A stretch of 64,000 nt of DNA from Thermodesulfobacteriota bacterium (GCA_964291405.2 OZ219926.1:1856001-1920000); one strand, 5' to 3'. Shown: positions 28,890 to 39,109, counted from the stretch's first letter. Made by a program: numbers and translations. The notes: generated by a model not told the origin, from the letters alone.

Positions 28890-29732
28890 TCAGGGCAATC
28901 CGGCGCCCGGCACCTCGACCTGGACCGTTTCGATAGCAGCCTCGGACTTCCCCTGGGCCAACTCCTCCACGCTTGTGGCTGCGGTCAGCATGAAGAGCGT
29001 CCGCCGCCCTTCCCCGCCCAGCATGCAGGCAACGGCCCGTTTGTCTGGGACAGGAACACGATGCGTGACCTCTCCGCCGTCTTTGACCCGAATAAATTCA
29101 CCACTCCCAAACGAACTCACCCAGACCGCCCCTTCGGCGTCCAGACAAATCCCGTCAGGGGTTGCTTCCCCAAGTTGGGCAAACACGCGCCGGTCCGACA
29201 GCGAACCGTCGGCGGCGATGCTGAAAGCGCTCAAACAGTTCGCAAACGTTTCGGCAACAATGAAGGTGTTCCCGTCCGGACTGATCACACTGCCATTCGG
29301 GAAGCTCAGACCGTCCGCGACCACGCGGGCCTGTCCGTCCGGCGTGACCATGACGATGTTCGCCGGCCGGGCTTCTTCGCCGCCCATCAGGTCGTAGCCA
29401 AAACTCCCGATATAGGACCGGCCCTGGGCATCAACGACCATATCGTTGATATCGCCCCGGACGAGCGCGGAGACATCCGCGACTTCCGCGAGGCCGTTCG
29501 GGTCCTGCCGGAGCAGTTTTCTATCGTGCATGGAGACGATGAGCAGGCGTCCATCCGGCAGAAAGCCCAGTCCCGACGGGCGCTGCGGAACCGTTGCGAC
29601 CAACTCGGTGTTGCCCTGCGTATCAACCGTGAGCACTTTCTCGGCAAACATGTCGGAAACCCAGAGTTTGCCGTCGTGCCAGCGCGGGCCTTCAAGAAAA
29701 ATAAATCCATCTGCGAGGAGCTGAGGAGTCAT
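28890..29732 (-). CDS. SMP-30/gluconolactonase/LRE family protein
   Basis: FLEGPRWH, FPNG, PDGICLDAEG. Confidence 0.9.
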   Translation of the reverse strand: MTPQLLADGFIFLEGPRWHDGKLWVSDMFAEKVLTVDTQGNTELVATVPQRPSGLGFLPDGRLLIVSMHDRKLLRQDPNGLAEVADVSALVRGDINDMVVDAQGRSYIGSFGYDLMGGEEARPANIVMVTPDGQARVVADGLSFPNGSVISPDGNTFIVAETFANCLSAFSIAADGSLSDRRVFAQLGEATPDGICLDAEGAVWVSSFGSGEFIRVKDGGEVTHRVPVPDKRAVACMLGGEGRRTLFMLTAATSVEELAQGKSEAAIETVQVEVPGAGLP

Positions 29733-29750
29733 GCGGTCCCCCTTTCCTGA

Positions 29751-30548
29751 TTAGCGGCCCCGGAAGACCGGTTGCCGTTTGTCCATAAACGCGTTGACGC
29801 CTTCCTGATGATCTTCCGTCTGGCCACAGCGCAAATGCGTTTCCGCCTCCCGGTCGAGCATGGTACGAAAATCTACCGCACCCGACGCATTGACGTTGGC
29901 CTTCATATAGCGGTAGCTGACCAAGGGACCGGATGCGATACGTTCGGCCAGTTCCAGGGCTTCGTTCATGAGCTGGTCGTGGGCAAAGACACGGTTGACC
30001 AGACCAATACGCAGGGCTTCATCCGCGTTAATCATGTCCGGCAAAAAGAACAATTCCTTGGCCTTGGCCTGGCCGACCAAACGGCTGAGCTGCCAGGTCG
30101 TGCCGTAGTCGCCGCCATAGCCCACCCGCGCATAGGCCGTCCCGAGCCGCGCCCGGTCAGAAGCAAAGCGCAGGTCGCACGACAGGGCAATGCCCAGGCC
30201 GGCGCCGGCGGCCGGACCGTTAATGACCGCGATCGTGACCTTGGGCATATGGTGTAGCATCCAGGGCCAGGTATGACCTTCGCGGAGTTCGTCGACCTGC
30301 TGCTCCAGAGTGGAATCCCGAGTGCCGATTTCCTCACCCTTTTGCATGGCTGACACATCACCGCCCGCGCAAAAGCCTCGACCCGCGCCCGTCAGCACAA
30401 CCGCGCCAATATTGGGATCTTCCGACATCTCGCGCAGCGCCGAAACCGCCGCCTGGTTCATGTCTCTAGTGAGCGCGTTGAGCTTATCCGGGCGATTCAT
30501 GGTCAGAATGCCGACCCGGTTTGCGACTTCGATATTGAGATCAGCCAT
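29751..30548 (-). CDS. Enoyl-CoA hydratase/isomerase (crotonase) family protein
   Basis: NRPDKLNAL, GRGFCAGGD, INGPAAGAG. Confidence 0.92.
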   Translation of the reverse strand: MADLNIEVANRVGILTMNRPDKLNALTRDMNQAAVSALREMSEDPNIGAVVLTGAGRGFCAGGDVSAMQKGEEIGTRDSTLEQQVDELREGHTWPWMLHHMPKVTIAVINGPAAGAGLGIALSCDLRFASDRARLGTAYARVGYGGDYGTTWQLSRLVGQAKAKELFFLPDMINADEALRIGLVNRVFAHDQLMNEALELAERIASGPLVSYRYMKANVNASGAVDFRTMLDREAETHLRCGQTEDHQEGVNAFMDKRQPVFRGR

Positions 30549-30627
30549 CTTTCTTCCTCCTTATTTCCCTGTGGATGAAGCTTGCACTTTATCGCGTTTT
30601 GCGTAGAAAGGAAGGGACAGCTCAGGA

Positions 30628-31275
30628 ATGGAAAAGGAGAGGGACATGACGGCAAGCGCAGACCCGCATCAAATTACGAGTGTGGAACAGCTTCGCGAAC
30701 GCATTGGATCACCGAGTGAGCTCGTTCCGCATAAGCTCTGGACCGAGTTGGACGAGTCGTGCATGGACTTCATAAAACGCTCGCCGTTTCTCTTGCTCGC
30801 CACGGCAGACGCCGAAGGGAATCAGGATGTCTCGCCCAAAGGGGATGGGCCGGGGTTTGTCTGTATTGAGGATGAACACACGCTGCTCATCCCGGACCGG
30901 GCTGGCAACAAGCTGGTCTTCGGACTGACCAATATCATTGAGAACTCCCATATTGGCCTGATTTTCCTGCTGCCGGGAACGCCGGAAACCATGCGGGTCA
31001 ATGGCACTGCCGAGCTCACCGCCGACCCGGAAGTCCTGGAGCGCCTGTCCGCGCGTGGTAAACCCGCAGTGGTTGCCATTCGGGTCCATATCAAAGAGGT
31101 GTTCTACCACTGCGCCAAGGCGTTTATTCGGTCACAGCTCTGGAAGCCCAATACGTGGGAGGAGCGCTTGAAGATTTCGTTCGGCAAGATTCTGGCGGCC
31201 AAGATGGGCGGCGATGCCGGTATGGCCAACAAGATTGATGAATTTGTCGAACAGGACTATCGGACCAATCTGTAG
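30628..31275 (+). CDS. Pyridoxamine 5'-phosphate oxidase-like FMN-binding protein (MSMEG_1061 type)
   Basis: DVSPKGD, IPDRAGN, ETMRVNG, HCAKAFIRS.LW. Confidence 0.85.
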   Translation: MEKERDMTASADPHQITSVEQLRERIGSPSELVPHKLWTELDESCMDFIKRSPFLLLATADAEGNQDVSPKGDGPGFVCIEDEHTLLIPDRAGNKLVFGLTNIIENSHIGLIFLLPGTPETMRVNGTAELTADPEVLERLSARGKPAVVAIRVHIKEVFYHCAKAFIRSQLWKPNTWEERLKISFGKILAAKMGGDAGMANKIDEFVEQDYRTNL

Positions 31276-31341
31276 GCTTCCTTCACTCTCCTCAAAATCC
31301 CTCTCCCATTGGGAGAGGGATAGGGTAAGGTGGCCTGCTTC

Positions 31342-32235
31342 TTACAACAGTTCCAACCCCCTCCGCTCCCATTCCATGGCCACCACCCGGCCCAACCCCG
31401 ACTCCGTAATATACAAAGTCTTCGAATCGCCGCCGCCGAAGGCGATATTCGTGACCGCTCTGTCCTCACTCGGAATCCGATCGACCTGCCGCCCGTGCGG
31501 ATCGAAGACAATAATGCCCCCTCCCAACACACCGCAGACCAGGACATAGCCTACTTCATCCAGACAAAACCCATCGGGATAATGGCCGGCCGGCAGTTCA
31601 CAAAATGGTCGCCGCCGGCCGAGTTTGCCCGGAGCGAGAATGGGGAAGGCGCACAGGGCAGCGGCAAAGGTTTCCGCTACGAGCAGGGTTTTGCCGTCCG
31701 GGGTGAGGCCGATACCGTTGGGATGTTGCAGGTTGGTGGCGACACGCCGAATCCAGGTCCCATCCGGACTGGCGTAGTAGACACTGCCCGGACGCCGAGT
31801 GGGCGCATTCATTGGTTCAGGCCGTGTGGGATCACGCTGGATCGGGTCGGTAAAATAGCAATTTCCCTCAGCATCAAACACCAAATCATTAGGCGCGCTG
31901 AGTTGCACGCCTTCACATGAGGTGTATAACCGTTCGACCTTGCCCTGGGCGTCAATCCGCTCAAGGCGTCCGGTCTCGTAGTCCGCAGCCGGTCCAATCG
32001 GTAGCCCCTTGCGCCAAAGAAAGCCACCGTTATTCGTGACGTATAAGGCTCCGTCCGGTCCCCGGGCGGCCCCGTTCGGACCACCGCCCGGAGTGGCGAA
32101 GGTGGAGAGTGTTCCGTCAGGCGCAATTTTCCGAACGCGGCCCCCACGGATTTCCACACAATACACACTGCCGTCCGGGGCACAGACTGGGCCTTCCGGG
32201 AATGCCAAGCCGGTTGCAATAACGGTGTCACTCAT
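31342..32235 (-). CDS. SMP-30/gluconolactonase/LRE family protein
   Basis: FPEGP, GPNG, APNDLVFD, PNGIGL, PDG. Confidence 0.88.
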   Translation of the reverse strand: MSDTVIATGLAFPEGPVCAPDGSVYCVEIRGGRVRKIAPDGTLSTFATPGGGPNGAARGPDGALYVTNNGGFLWRKGLPIGPAADYETGRLERIDAQGKVERLYTSCEGVQLSAPNDLVFDAEGNCYFTDPIQRDPTRPEPMNAPTRRPGSVYYASPDGTWIRRVATNLQHPNGIGLTPDGKTLLVAETFAAALCAFPILAPGKLGRRRPFCELPAGHYPDGFCLDEVGYVLVCGVLGGGIIVFDPHGRQVDRIPSEDRAVTNIAFGGGDSKTLYITESGLGRVVAMEWERRGLELL

Positions 32236-32269
32236 AAGGACGAGCGTACCCGGCGTGCGCTCAAAAATT

Positions 32270-32815
32270 TCAGGCCGCTTGCTGCTCTTTATGTTTCAGC
32301 AACTTGCCCGCAATCTGGTCAATAACCTGGTCGGCCAACACCCGGACCTCATCTTCGAGCTTGGGCTGAATAGGATGTGGGACCAGAATGGGCTCATACT
32401 GAGGCATACCAAGGGCCGCACATTGGGCGTGCGCAGCGCTCAGAAACTCCGTTGTCGTGATATTTGCAGTCGGGACACCTTTTTCTTCGAGCGCAATGAC
32501 ATCGTGCGAACTGCACGATATGCAGCCGCCTCAATCGCTGAGCGCTTCAATGACCGCGTCACACTTTTCTTGCAGCTCCCGCTGAATGGCTTCAGCCGCA
32601 GGCCGACCCGGAGTCAGTTTCGTCCGCCGCAGCACTTCCTTGACGCCGTACTGCTCGCGCAGGATTTCCTCCAGGCGGTCCAGGAAGAATACGCCTTTTG
32701 CTTTGTTAATATCCAAGAGACCAACCGTGGTACCCGACAGAGTGTCCAGCCGGGTCGCGAAGGCCTTGGGCGATTGGTCGGCCCGCGAGGTCGGGTCTAG
32801 TAATACGGTTCCCAT
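32270..32815 (-). CDS. UGSC-family selenoprotein (181 aa, in-frame UGA read as Sec, motif D-U-G-G-C-I-S-C)
   Basis: The ORF track stops at TGA 32533-32531, but the frame continues GGCISCSSHDVIALEEKGVPT...HPIQ... to TGA 32272-32270; SECIS-like hairpin follows the UGA. Confidence 0.82.
32499..32521 (-). promoter_or_regulatory. Putative bacterial SECIS element
   Basis: AUAUCGUGC-AGUUC-GCACGAUGU: 9-bp stem, G in second loop position, loop starts 18 nt after the UGA. Confidence 0.65.
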
Positions 32816-32830
32816 ACACTTCTCCTTTAC

Positions 32831-33919
32831 TTATGCATGAATCTCTTTTGTGGTGATGGTACTCCCGGAGCTTCCCCGGACCAAGCCTGGCACGGCAGCA
32901 GAAAAACGGCCTGCCGTGCCACCCGCGACCACAATAAGAATACTCTCCGGTGCGGGAAACTTCGGATAGAGGGTGTCATCAGTCGGCGGCTCGGCCTGGA
33001 CGTTGACGCCAGCCAACATACTCACTCCGGCTCCCTCTCCGCCGTTGACCCCAGGCCGGAGTTCACGTAGCGGGCGACGGATGTGTTCAAATAAAAATTG
33101 ACGAAGATCATTTTTAGACCATCCATCCTGGGCAAAGGTCTTGGCATGCTCCGGTCCGACAATCAGCGCCGTATCCGAGAACACCGGAAAATTCTTGTGA
33201 TTCCAGACCGAGGCCATAGTCCAGCCAAGCGAGAGAGCCAACTGCTCTGCGCTGCGACTGGCATGGTCATTGATCTGAAGCGGGGAGTGACCACCAAACA
33301 GGGTGACGGTACTCTGTTCTGGACGAAAACCTTTCTCTACGTGCAGCGGCTCCCACGGACTCTCCTCCTCGGCCTCGCCAATACAGAACGTGAATTGGGC
33401 TGGATGGCCCAGGGTTGCCTTGCAAATCTCTTGGGGCTTCGCGCCGCCAATGTTGAGAATAATCAGGCGCAGCGCCCGCCCGATCGTGGCATTCGCCCGA
33501 AATCCATGGCCCAGGGCATTATGCCCGCAATTCACCCCAATGGTATGGCGCATGGGACCGTTAATAATCGTCAGTGGGGTTGCCGAGAATGTGGTGACGT
33601 TAATAGCGTGGGCCGCAAACTGTTCTTCACACAAGGCTTCCACCGCAGCGACGACAACCGGAAAATATGACGCCTGACACCCCGCCATCACCGCATTAAT
33701 CGCAACTTTTTCCAGACTGGCCGGTCCATAGTTGGGTCCTACCGTCCCCAAGACCTCTTGTGGGTCGCGGTCCACTACGGCGAGCAGCGCCATAACGCGT
33801 TCTGCGGTTGGCGGAACAACCGGCAGCCCATCGGTGAGTCCACTTGAAAAGAGGGCTTCAAAAGGGTCGTTCTCCTGAATATCGATGGGTTGTGAATGGA
33901 ATGCGGCAGCGTCCGCCAT
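32831..33919 (-). CDS. Conserved hypothetical protein of the family found beside UGSC selenoproteins
   Basis: GLTDGLPVVPPT, EKVAINAVMAGC, RANATIGRALRL, ESPWEPLH, VAGG motifs; directly upstream of the selenoprotein. Confidence 0.75.
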   Translation of the reverse strand: MADAAAFHSQPIDIQENDPFEALFSSGLTDGLPVVPPTAERVMALLAVVDRDPQEVLGTVGPNYGPASLEKVAINAVMAGCQASYFPVVVAAVEALCEEQFAAHAINVTTFSATPLTIINGPMRHTIGVNCGHNALGHGFRANATIGRALRLIILNIGGAKPQEICKATLGHPAQFTFCIGEAEEESPWEPLHVEKGFRPEQSTVTLFGGHSPLQINDHASRSAEQLALSLGWTMASVWNHKNFPVFSDTALIVGPEHAKTFAQDGWSKNDLRQFLFEHIRRPLRELRPGVNGGEGAGVSMLAGVNVQAEPPTDDTLYPKFPAPESILIVVAGGTAGRFSAAVPGLVRGSSGSTITTKEIHA

Positions 33920-33988
33920 GTCTCCCCTCCAAGCCTGCCCAGCCTTTCATTCCTGGCATACGGCTGTCAACATTAGGTGCCGGTCGGC

Positions 33989-34543
33989 TCAGTCGAGCAA
34001 TCTTTCTTCGAACACATCGTCCGGACCATACTGCGCCTGAAACGCCTGAAGCGCACGATTGAAGGCCGGGTCTTCTTCCGCATCGAGCAGCGCGTCCGCC
34101 GCGGACGGACCGAGCCGGGCCACGGCTGCCTGCCAGAGCTCCAGTCGCGGCGGAGACAGGGGAACGGACACGGTGTAGTGCAGTTCGGTATCGTCACTGA
34201 GCAGGATAACCGTCAGCTTCTCCTGTCGGACGAGCTTCCGCAGAATGGCGGTGTCGCTCGCCTGTCTCGGGTTGAGATAGAACACGCCGCCCTTGCTCCC
34301 CCCAAACGTCGGGTGCAGTTGGTAGCCGATGGCCACCACCCATATCCCCTTTGGGCTCTGCCACGTACACAGACTCAGGCTGAGCGGCAGGGGCGCGTCA
34401 ATAAACCAGCCCAGGTCTTCGACCCGGCTGACAACGGCCAACTCTTGTGTGCCTTCACGGTCAATAAACCGGACGGAGTACAGGGGTTCTTCCATTAAAA
34501 GCAGCCAGCTTTCTCGGTTAATCACCACACCGATCGGTTGCAT
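33989..34543 (-). CDS. Hypothetical protein
   Basis: Start re-called at ATG 34543 (MQPIGVVINRES) with AGGAGAGG RBS; no recognisable motif. Confidence 0.55.
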   Translation of the reverse strand: MQPIGVVINRESWLLLMEEPLYSVRFIDREGTQELAVVSRVEDLGWFIDAPLPLSLSLCTWQSPKGIWVVAIGYQLHPTFGGSKGGVFYLNPRQASDTAILRKLVRQEKLTVILLSDDTELHYTVSVPLSPPRLELWQAAVARLGPSAADALLDAEEDPAFNRALQAFQAQYGPDDVFEERLLD

Positions 34544-34697
34544 TGGGGGCACTCCTCTCCTCACGCGCTTGACCCACAGGCACGCATCTATCATACATGG
34601 CACTCGCATGGCAGGTTCGACGCCGGAACGCCCAGGGGCCACAGCGGGGCGTTCGGTGCAAAGGGCGCAAACACCGGTCATCACAAAAGGAGGGACC

Positions 34698-35984
34698 ATG
34701 GCGAGGCCGGTCAGGTATAAGATCGTTGGACTGCTGTTCTCCGGAACCATCATCAACTACATCGACCGGGTGAATATCTCTGTTGCCGCGCCGGTTATCA
34801 TGGCCGATTCCGGCTGGAGTAAGAGCGAGTTCGGGATGGTCTTTTCCGCCTTCCTGGTTGGCTACGCCGTGCTTCAGTTACCGGGCGGCCTGGTGGCCGA
34901 TCGTTGGAGCGCACGGAAAGTGCTGGCCCTCGCCTTTTGTGGCTTCTCGCTTTTCACGGCCTTGACCCCGCCGGCCATTGCTGCCTTTTGGCTGCTGCTC
35001 AGCGCGCGCTTTCTGGTCGGCATGTTTGAGTCCGTGACCATTCCGGCGCTCACCTCTGTCAACGCCCGGTGGATTCCGCGGGCCGAGTTCGGCCGCGCGC
35101 AGACCCTGAGCGTGTCCGGCGTGACGGTCGGTCAAATGATTGCCTACCCGCTCACCACCTGGATTATTCTCAACTTCTCCTGGCAGCTCGTCTTCTATTT
35201 TAACGCCCTGCTCGGCTTTGTCTGGGCGGCGGTGTGGCTGTGGTCTTCCACAGACACGCCCGGTGAGCATCCAAAGATTGATGCAGCGGAACGCAGCTAT
35301 ATTGAATCAAACCTGCCCCCCCGTCCGGCCGTTCCGCTGCCGTTGTGGACCGTGTTTTCCAGCGCGTCGCTGCTGACCGTGACCCTGGCCTTTATGTGTT
35401 TTGCCTACGTGCTGTGGATGTTCCTGTTCTGGTTTCCGACCTATTTGGTGGAGGCGCGCGGCATGTCTCTGGGGGTCATGGGCACAGTCGGCATTTTTAT
35501 GCACGGCGCGTCGTTCCTCGGTGTTATTGGAGCTGGGATGCTGTCAGACTGGCTGCTGCGCAACGGCTGGAATGCGCAGTTCGCCCGCGTGCGCTTTGGT
35601 GCTTTCGGCCTCACCCTGGCCCTGCCCTGCCTGGTTCTGGCGGCTCAGACCTCCTCGCCGCTGATCTGTACCGTTTTTCTGGTTCTTTTTTACGGACTGT
35701 TCAGTATGGGCATCGGGGTGTTTACCACTGTTGCCCTGGAGTTTAATCCACATCAAGCCGGCGCTATCTTCGGCATGATGAATACGCTCGGGACCTTTGC
35801 CGGGGTTCTGGGTCCCTGGTCCGCCGGGCAGATGATTGAGTACAGCGGAGGAGATTGGACCATACCGCTGTTTGTCGCGACCGGGGTGGGAGCAGTCAGC
35901 GCCCTCATCCTATTTGTGGTCAAGATCAGGAAGATCGAAATAAAGGACGTTGCCTTGGCGGAGGCAGCGCAAAGCGGTTCATGA
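34698..35984 (+). CDS. MFS transporter, anion:cation symporter (ACS) type
   Basis: Start re-called at ATG 34698 with AGGAGG RBS; INYIDRVNIS, G..ADRW, about 12 hydrophobic segments. Confidence 0.9.
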   Translation: MARPVRYKIVGLLFSGTIINYIDRVNISVAAPVIMADSGWSKSEFGMVFSAFLVGYAVLQLPGGLVADRWSARKVLALAFCGFSLFTALTPPAIAAFWLLLSARFLVGMFESVTIPALTSVNARWIPRAEFGRAQTLSVSGVTVGQMIAYPLTTWIILNFSWQLVFYFNALLGFVWAAVWLWSSTDTPGEHPKIDAAERSYIESNLPPRPAVPLPLWTVFSSASLLTVTLAFMCFAYVLWMFLFWFPTYLVEARGMSLGVMGTVGIFMHGASFLGVIGAGMLSDWLLRNGWNAQFARVRFGAFGLTLALPCLVLAAQTSSPLICTVFLVLFYGLFSMGIGVFTTVALEFNPHQAGAIFGMMNTLGTFAGVLGPWSAGQMIEYSGGDWTIPLFVATGVGAVSALILFVVKIRKIEIKDVALAEAAQSGS

Positions 35985-36017
35985 GTATATGATAATAGTG
36001 ATGGAGAGGAGGACCCC

Positions 36018-36317
36018 ATGGCAGATCGACAGAAACTCTCGGATACGGACATTCAGGCCAGGCTGGGCAGTATGCCGGGCTGGAGCGTAGTCGACGGGAA
36101 GTTGCACCGGGAGTATAAGTTCCAGGACTTTGTCCACGCCTTTGGTTTTATGGCCAGTGCGGCCCTGGTGGCGGAATCCATGAATCACCATCCCGAGTGG
36201 TTCAACGTCTACAGCACGGTGAACGTTGACCTGGCCACCCATGACGCCGGAGGCATTACCGAGCTGGACTTTACCCTGGCCGACAAGATGGAAGAACTCG
36301 CCAGCGCAGACAGTTGA
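36018..36317 (+). CDS. phhB: Pterin-4-alpha-carbinolamine dehydratase
   Basis: NHHPEWFNVY...THDAGGITELD. Confidence 0.92.
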   Translation: MADRQKLSDTDIQARLGSMPGWSVVDGKLHREYKFQDFVHAFGFMASAALVAESMNHHPEWFNVYSTVNVDLATHDAGGITELDFTLADKMEELASADS

Positions 36318-36410
36318 AAACCGATTACCGTTTCCTCTCCCCTGGCGAGCTGAGGGCCTGACAGTTTGGCAGAGACTGGGAATCCGGGGGCAGGAAACAG
36401 CAACTCCCCT

Positions 36411-36462
36411 CCTGGGAGGGCGGCTATCCTGGCCGCCATGCGGGCTGGAAGCCCTCACTCCT
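36411..36462 (+). repeat. REP-like repeat, copy 3
   Basis: CCTGGGAGGGCGGCTATCCTGGCCGCCATGCGGGCTGGAAGCCCTCACTCCT, matches 28748-28798. Confidence 0.7.
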
Positions 36463-36556
36463 AAAGGAGGAGAGAGGCGCGCTACACAGCATCGTGATTT
36501 GCTCTAGGGTGAGGGGTTCCCAACGGGGAACAGCTTTCGGCTGTCCCGCTCCTGCG

Positions 36557-37753
36557 TCAGATAACGCCCGCTTGTTCGAGCTTTTGCAGCTTTTCTGCGG
36601 AGAGACCCAGTAGACCCTGGTAAACGTCGCTATTGTGCTGGCCGAGCAGCGGGGCGGGAGTGACTTCGACCGGGGAGTCGTCGAGTTGGACCGCGCAGCC
36701 GGGCATGGTGATGCTGCCGCGGGTTGGATGTTCGACGGTGGCGACCATGCCGCGTTCACGCAGCTGTGGGTGGGTGAAAATATCGTGTGAGTCAAAAACC
36801 GCCCCACACGGCACACCGGCCTTTCCAAATCGTTCCATAACCTCGAACTTGGTGTACCGGGTGGTCCAGGCGCAAATAATGTCATACACCTCGTCAAAGC
36901 GGGTGTTGCGCTCGGACGTGGCGGTATAGCGCGGATCGCCGATCAAATCTTCGCGCTCAATCGTGCGCAGTAAACTCTCCCACATCCGCGGCGTCGTGGA
37001 CATGAGATAGACGTAGTCGTTGGGTCCGCCCGGCGCGCAGGGATAGGTGTCTGTAGGAGCGGCATGGCTGAGGCGGTTGCCGCTACGCTGCACCACGGCA
37101 TCGGCCTGAAGATGGTGGCGCATGGGCACCCGCATGTAATTGACCACCGCGTCCTGCATGGACACTTCCACGTGCTGCCCCTTGCCCGTTTTACCCCGCT
37201 GCAACAGGGCGGCCAGAATGCCGACGGCGCAGTGGATACCCGTGCCGGTATCGCCGATAGTCGGGCCGGGTTTGAGCGGCGGCGAGTCGGGCAGGCCGGT
37301 AATGCTCAGGGCTCCGCCGGTTGACAGGGCAATCGAGTTGAAACTCTTATACTCGCTCCACGGCCCGGATGTGCCAAAGCCCTTGATGGTGGCATAGATC
37401 AGCCGCGGGTCGAGCTGCTGCAAGTCCGCATAGCCGAGGCCCAGCCGTTCCATGGTGCCCGGAGAGAAATTCTCCAACACGACGTCGACCTGCGGGATCA
37501 GGGAGCGGAAGAGATTACGGCCCGGCTCAGTCTTGAGATTGAGGGTAATGCTGCGTTTATTGGCGTTCAGCAGAATAAAGAAATGCGAATCGAGCCCCGG
37601 CTCGTTGGTCAGAAAGTTTCGCCCCGACTCGCCGGTGCGGGGTGGTTCGACCTTAATCACGTCCGCGCCCAGAAAGGCCAATAACTCCGTACACGACGGA
37701 CCGGCTTCAAAATGCGACAAATCGAGAATACGCACATGATCGAGAGCGAGCAT
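36557..37753 (-). CDS. Family III CoA-transferase (CaiB/BaiF, formyl-CoA transferase-like)
   Basis: AGP...LGADVIKVE, NANKRSITLNLK, ENF.PG, APLLGQH. Confidence 0.92.
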   Translation of the reverse strand: MLALDHVRILDLSHFEAGPSCTELLAFLGADVIKVEPPRTGESGRNFLTNEPGLDSHFFILLNANKRSITLNLKTEPGRNLFRSLIPQVDVVLENFSPGTMERLGLGYADLQQLDPRLIYATIKGFGTSGPWSEYKSFNSIALSTGGALSITGLPDSPPLKPGPTIGDTGTGIHCAVGILAALLQRGKTGKGQHVEVSMQDAVVNYMRVPMRHHLQADAVVQRSGNRLSHAAPTDTYPCAPGGPNDYVYLMSTTPRMWESLLRTIEREDLIGDPRYTATSERNTRFDEVYDIICAWTTRYTKFEVMERFGKAGVPCGAVFDSHDIFTHPQLRERGMVATVEHPTRGSITMPGCAVQLDDSPVEVTPAPLLGQHNSDVYQGLLGLSAEKLQKLEQAGVI

Positions 37754-37882
37754 CGATTTTCTCCTTTTTTCTCAGCGCCTGATACCCTACCACCTGGGTC
37801 GCGTCTCTGCCAAGCTTGTCAAATGGAGAACGGCAAGAGATAATCAGAACGCAGACTTTCAATCAGGGAGGGACAGCAGGCT

Positions 37883-38749
37883 ATGCAGAACAAGAAAACG
37901 TACGATCGTACCACGCAGGATGTCGGCAACATCATCGGGATGGAGCATGTGAATGTCACCGTGCCGGACCAGGCGATTGCTTCGACCTTCTATATCTCCG
38001 GCCTCGGGTTCACCCGCGACCCGTATATGATGGTCGGGCCGGGCAATATGTGGGTGAACGTCGGCCAGCAGCAGTTTCACCTCCCGGCGAGTGATCCCCA
38101 GGTGTTCAGAGGCCACATCGGGTTGGTGGTTCCGGACTTGAATACCTTGCAGACGCGACTTGAGCGGGTCCAAAAACGCCTCGCCGATACTGCCTTTCGC
38201 TGGTCAGCTAAAAAAAGCTATGTCGCAGTGACGTGCCCGTGGGGAAATCAGTTGCGCTGTTACGCGCCGAGTCCGCAGTTTGGCAGCATGACGCTGGGGC
38301 TGCCCTATGTTGAGATGCCGGTCGCACCCCGCACGGCCCGCGGGATTTGCCAATTCTATCAGGATGTGATGAACACGCCGGCGAGAGTCATCCAGGAGCG
38401 TGGCGCGGCGGTCGCTCAGGTCCAGGTCGGACGTTCCCAGGTCTTACGTTTTCGGGAAACCTCGAAAACCATCCCCACCTATGACGGCCATCATATCGCC
38501 GTCTATGTTGCCAACTTTTCCGCTCCGCACACGTTCCTGAAACGTCACAAGTTGATTACCCAGGAGAGCGACGATCATCAATATCGTTTTCAGGCCATCG
38601 TCAATCCCAAAACCGGCAAGCTGTTATGCGAGCTTGAGCACGAGGTCCGCAGCCTGTTTCACCCCATGTACGAACGGGAGTTAGTGAACCGCAACGCCGG
38701 CCAGAGCATTTTTGCCTATCAGAAGGGACAGGACGCGTTTGCCGCCTGA
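37883..38749 (+). CDS. Glyoxalase/VOC-like hypothetical protein
   Basis: MEHVNVTVPDQ..A..FY..GLG, QQFHLP, two-domain VOC pattern. Confidence 0.7.
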   Translation: MQNKKTYDRTTQDVGNIIGMEHVNVTVPDQAIASTFYISGLGFTRDPYMMVGPGNMWVNVGQQQFHLPASDPQVFRGHIGLVVPDLNTLQTRLERVQKRLADTAFRWSAKKSYVAVTCPWGNQLRCYAPSPQFGSMTLGLPYVEMPVAPRTARGICQFYQDVMNTPARVIQERGAAVAQVQVGRSQVLRFRETSKTIPTYDGHHIAVYVANFSAPHTFLKRHKLITQESDDHQYRFQAIVNPKTGKLLCELEHEVRSLFHPMYERELVNRNAGQSIFAYQKGQDAFAA

Positions 38750-38764
38750 GCGGTTTGCAAGCGA

Positions 38765-38798
38765 AACCCACCCCGGCCTACGGCCACCCCTCCGAGGA
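38765..38798 (+). repeat. Left part of a REP hairpin (AACCCACCCCG...CACCCCTCCGAGGA|GGGG) interrupted by the IS1595 element
   Basis: Continues after the element at 41237-41248; inverted partner at 41260-41299. Confidence 0.7.
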
Positions 38799-38899
38799 GG
38801 GAATTATATACGGTCTTACCCAACCCGACACAGGGAAACTTTGTGTCAGGAATTGCATTTCCCAACATGTTACGCTAATTCTAGCACAGGAGATGTACC

Positions 38900-39079
38900 A
38901 TGAAGTCTACAAAAAAGGCGAATCACAAGCGCACCCCTGCGTCTAATAAGGGCGGGCGTCCTGCCCGCCCTATGCCGGAGTTGATTCCTGATACGCCAGA
39001 GGGCATCGCTAAGGCGTGCATGCAAGGGCCGCCGAAGAAAGACAAAGACTGGCGGTATACGGCAGAGGGCCAATCCTGA
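38900..39079 (+). CDS. Small passenger protein, 59 aa (below ORF-track cut-off)
   Basis: MKSTKKANHKRTPASNKGGRPARPMPELIPDTPEGIAKACMQGPPKKDKDWRYTAEGQS; ACAGGAGA RBS upstream. Confidence 0.6.
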   Translation: MKSTKKANHKRTPASNKGGRPARPMPELIPDTPEGIAKACMQGPPKKDKDWRYTAEGQS

Positions 39080-39109
39080 TAGGTGGGGTAATACACCAAA
39101 GGGAGGACC

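Noticed and set aside
32531-32533. Nonsense mutation or pseudogene interpretation of the TGA
   Set aside because: The UGA sits in a UxxC redox motif with a SECIS-like hairpin and an intact downstream frame
32009-32800. 263-aa plus-strand ORF
   Set aside because: Antisense to the UGA-containing selenoprotein and the lactonase gene, which explain the region better
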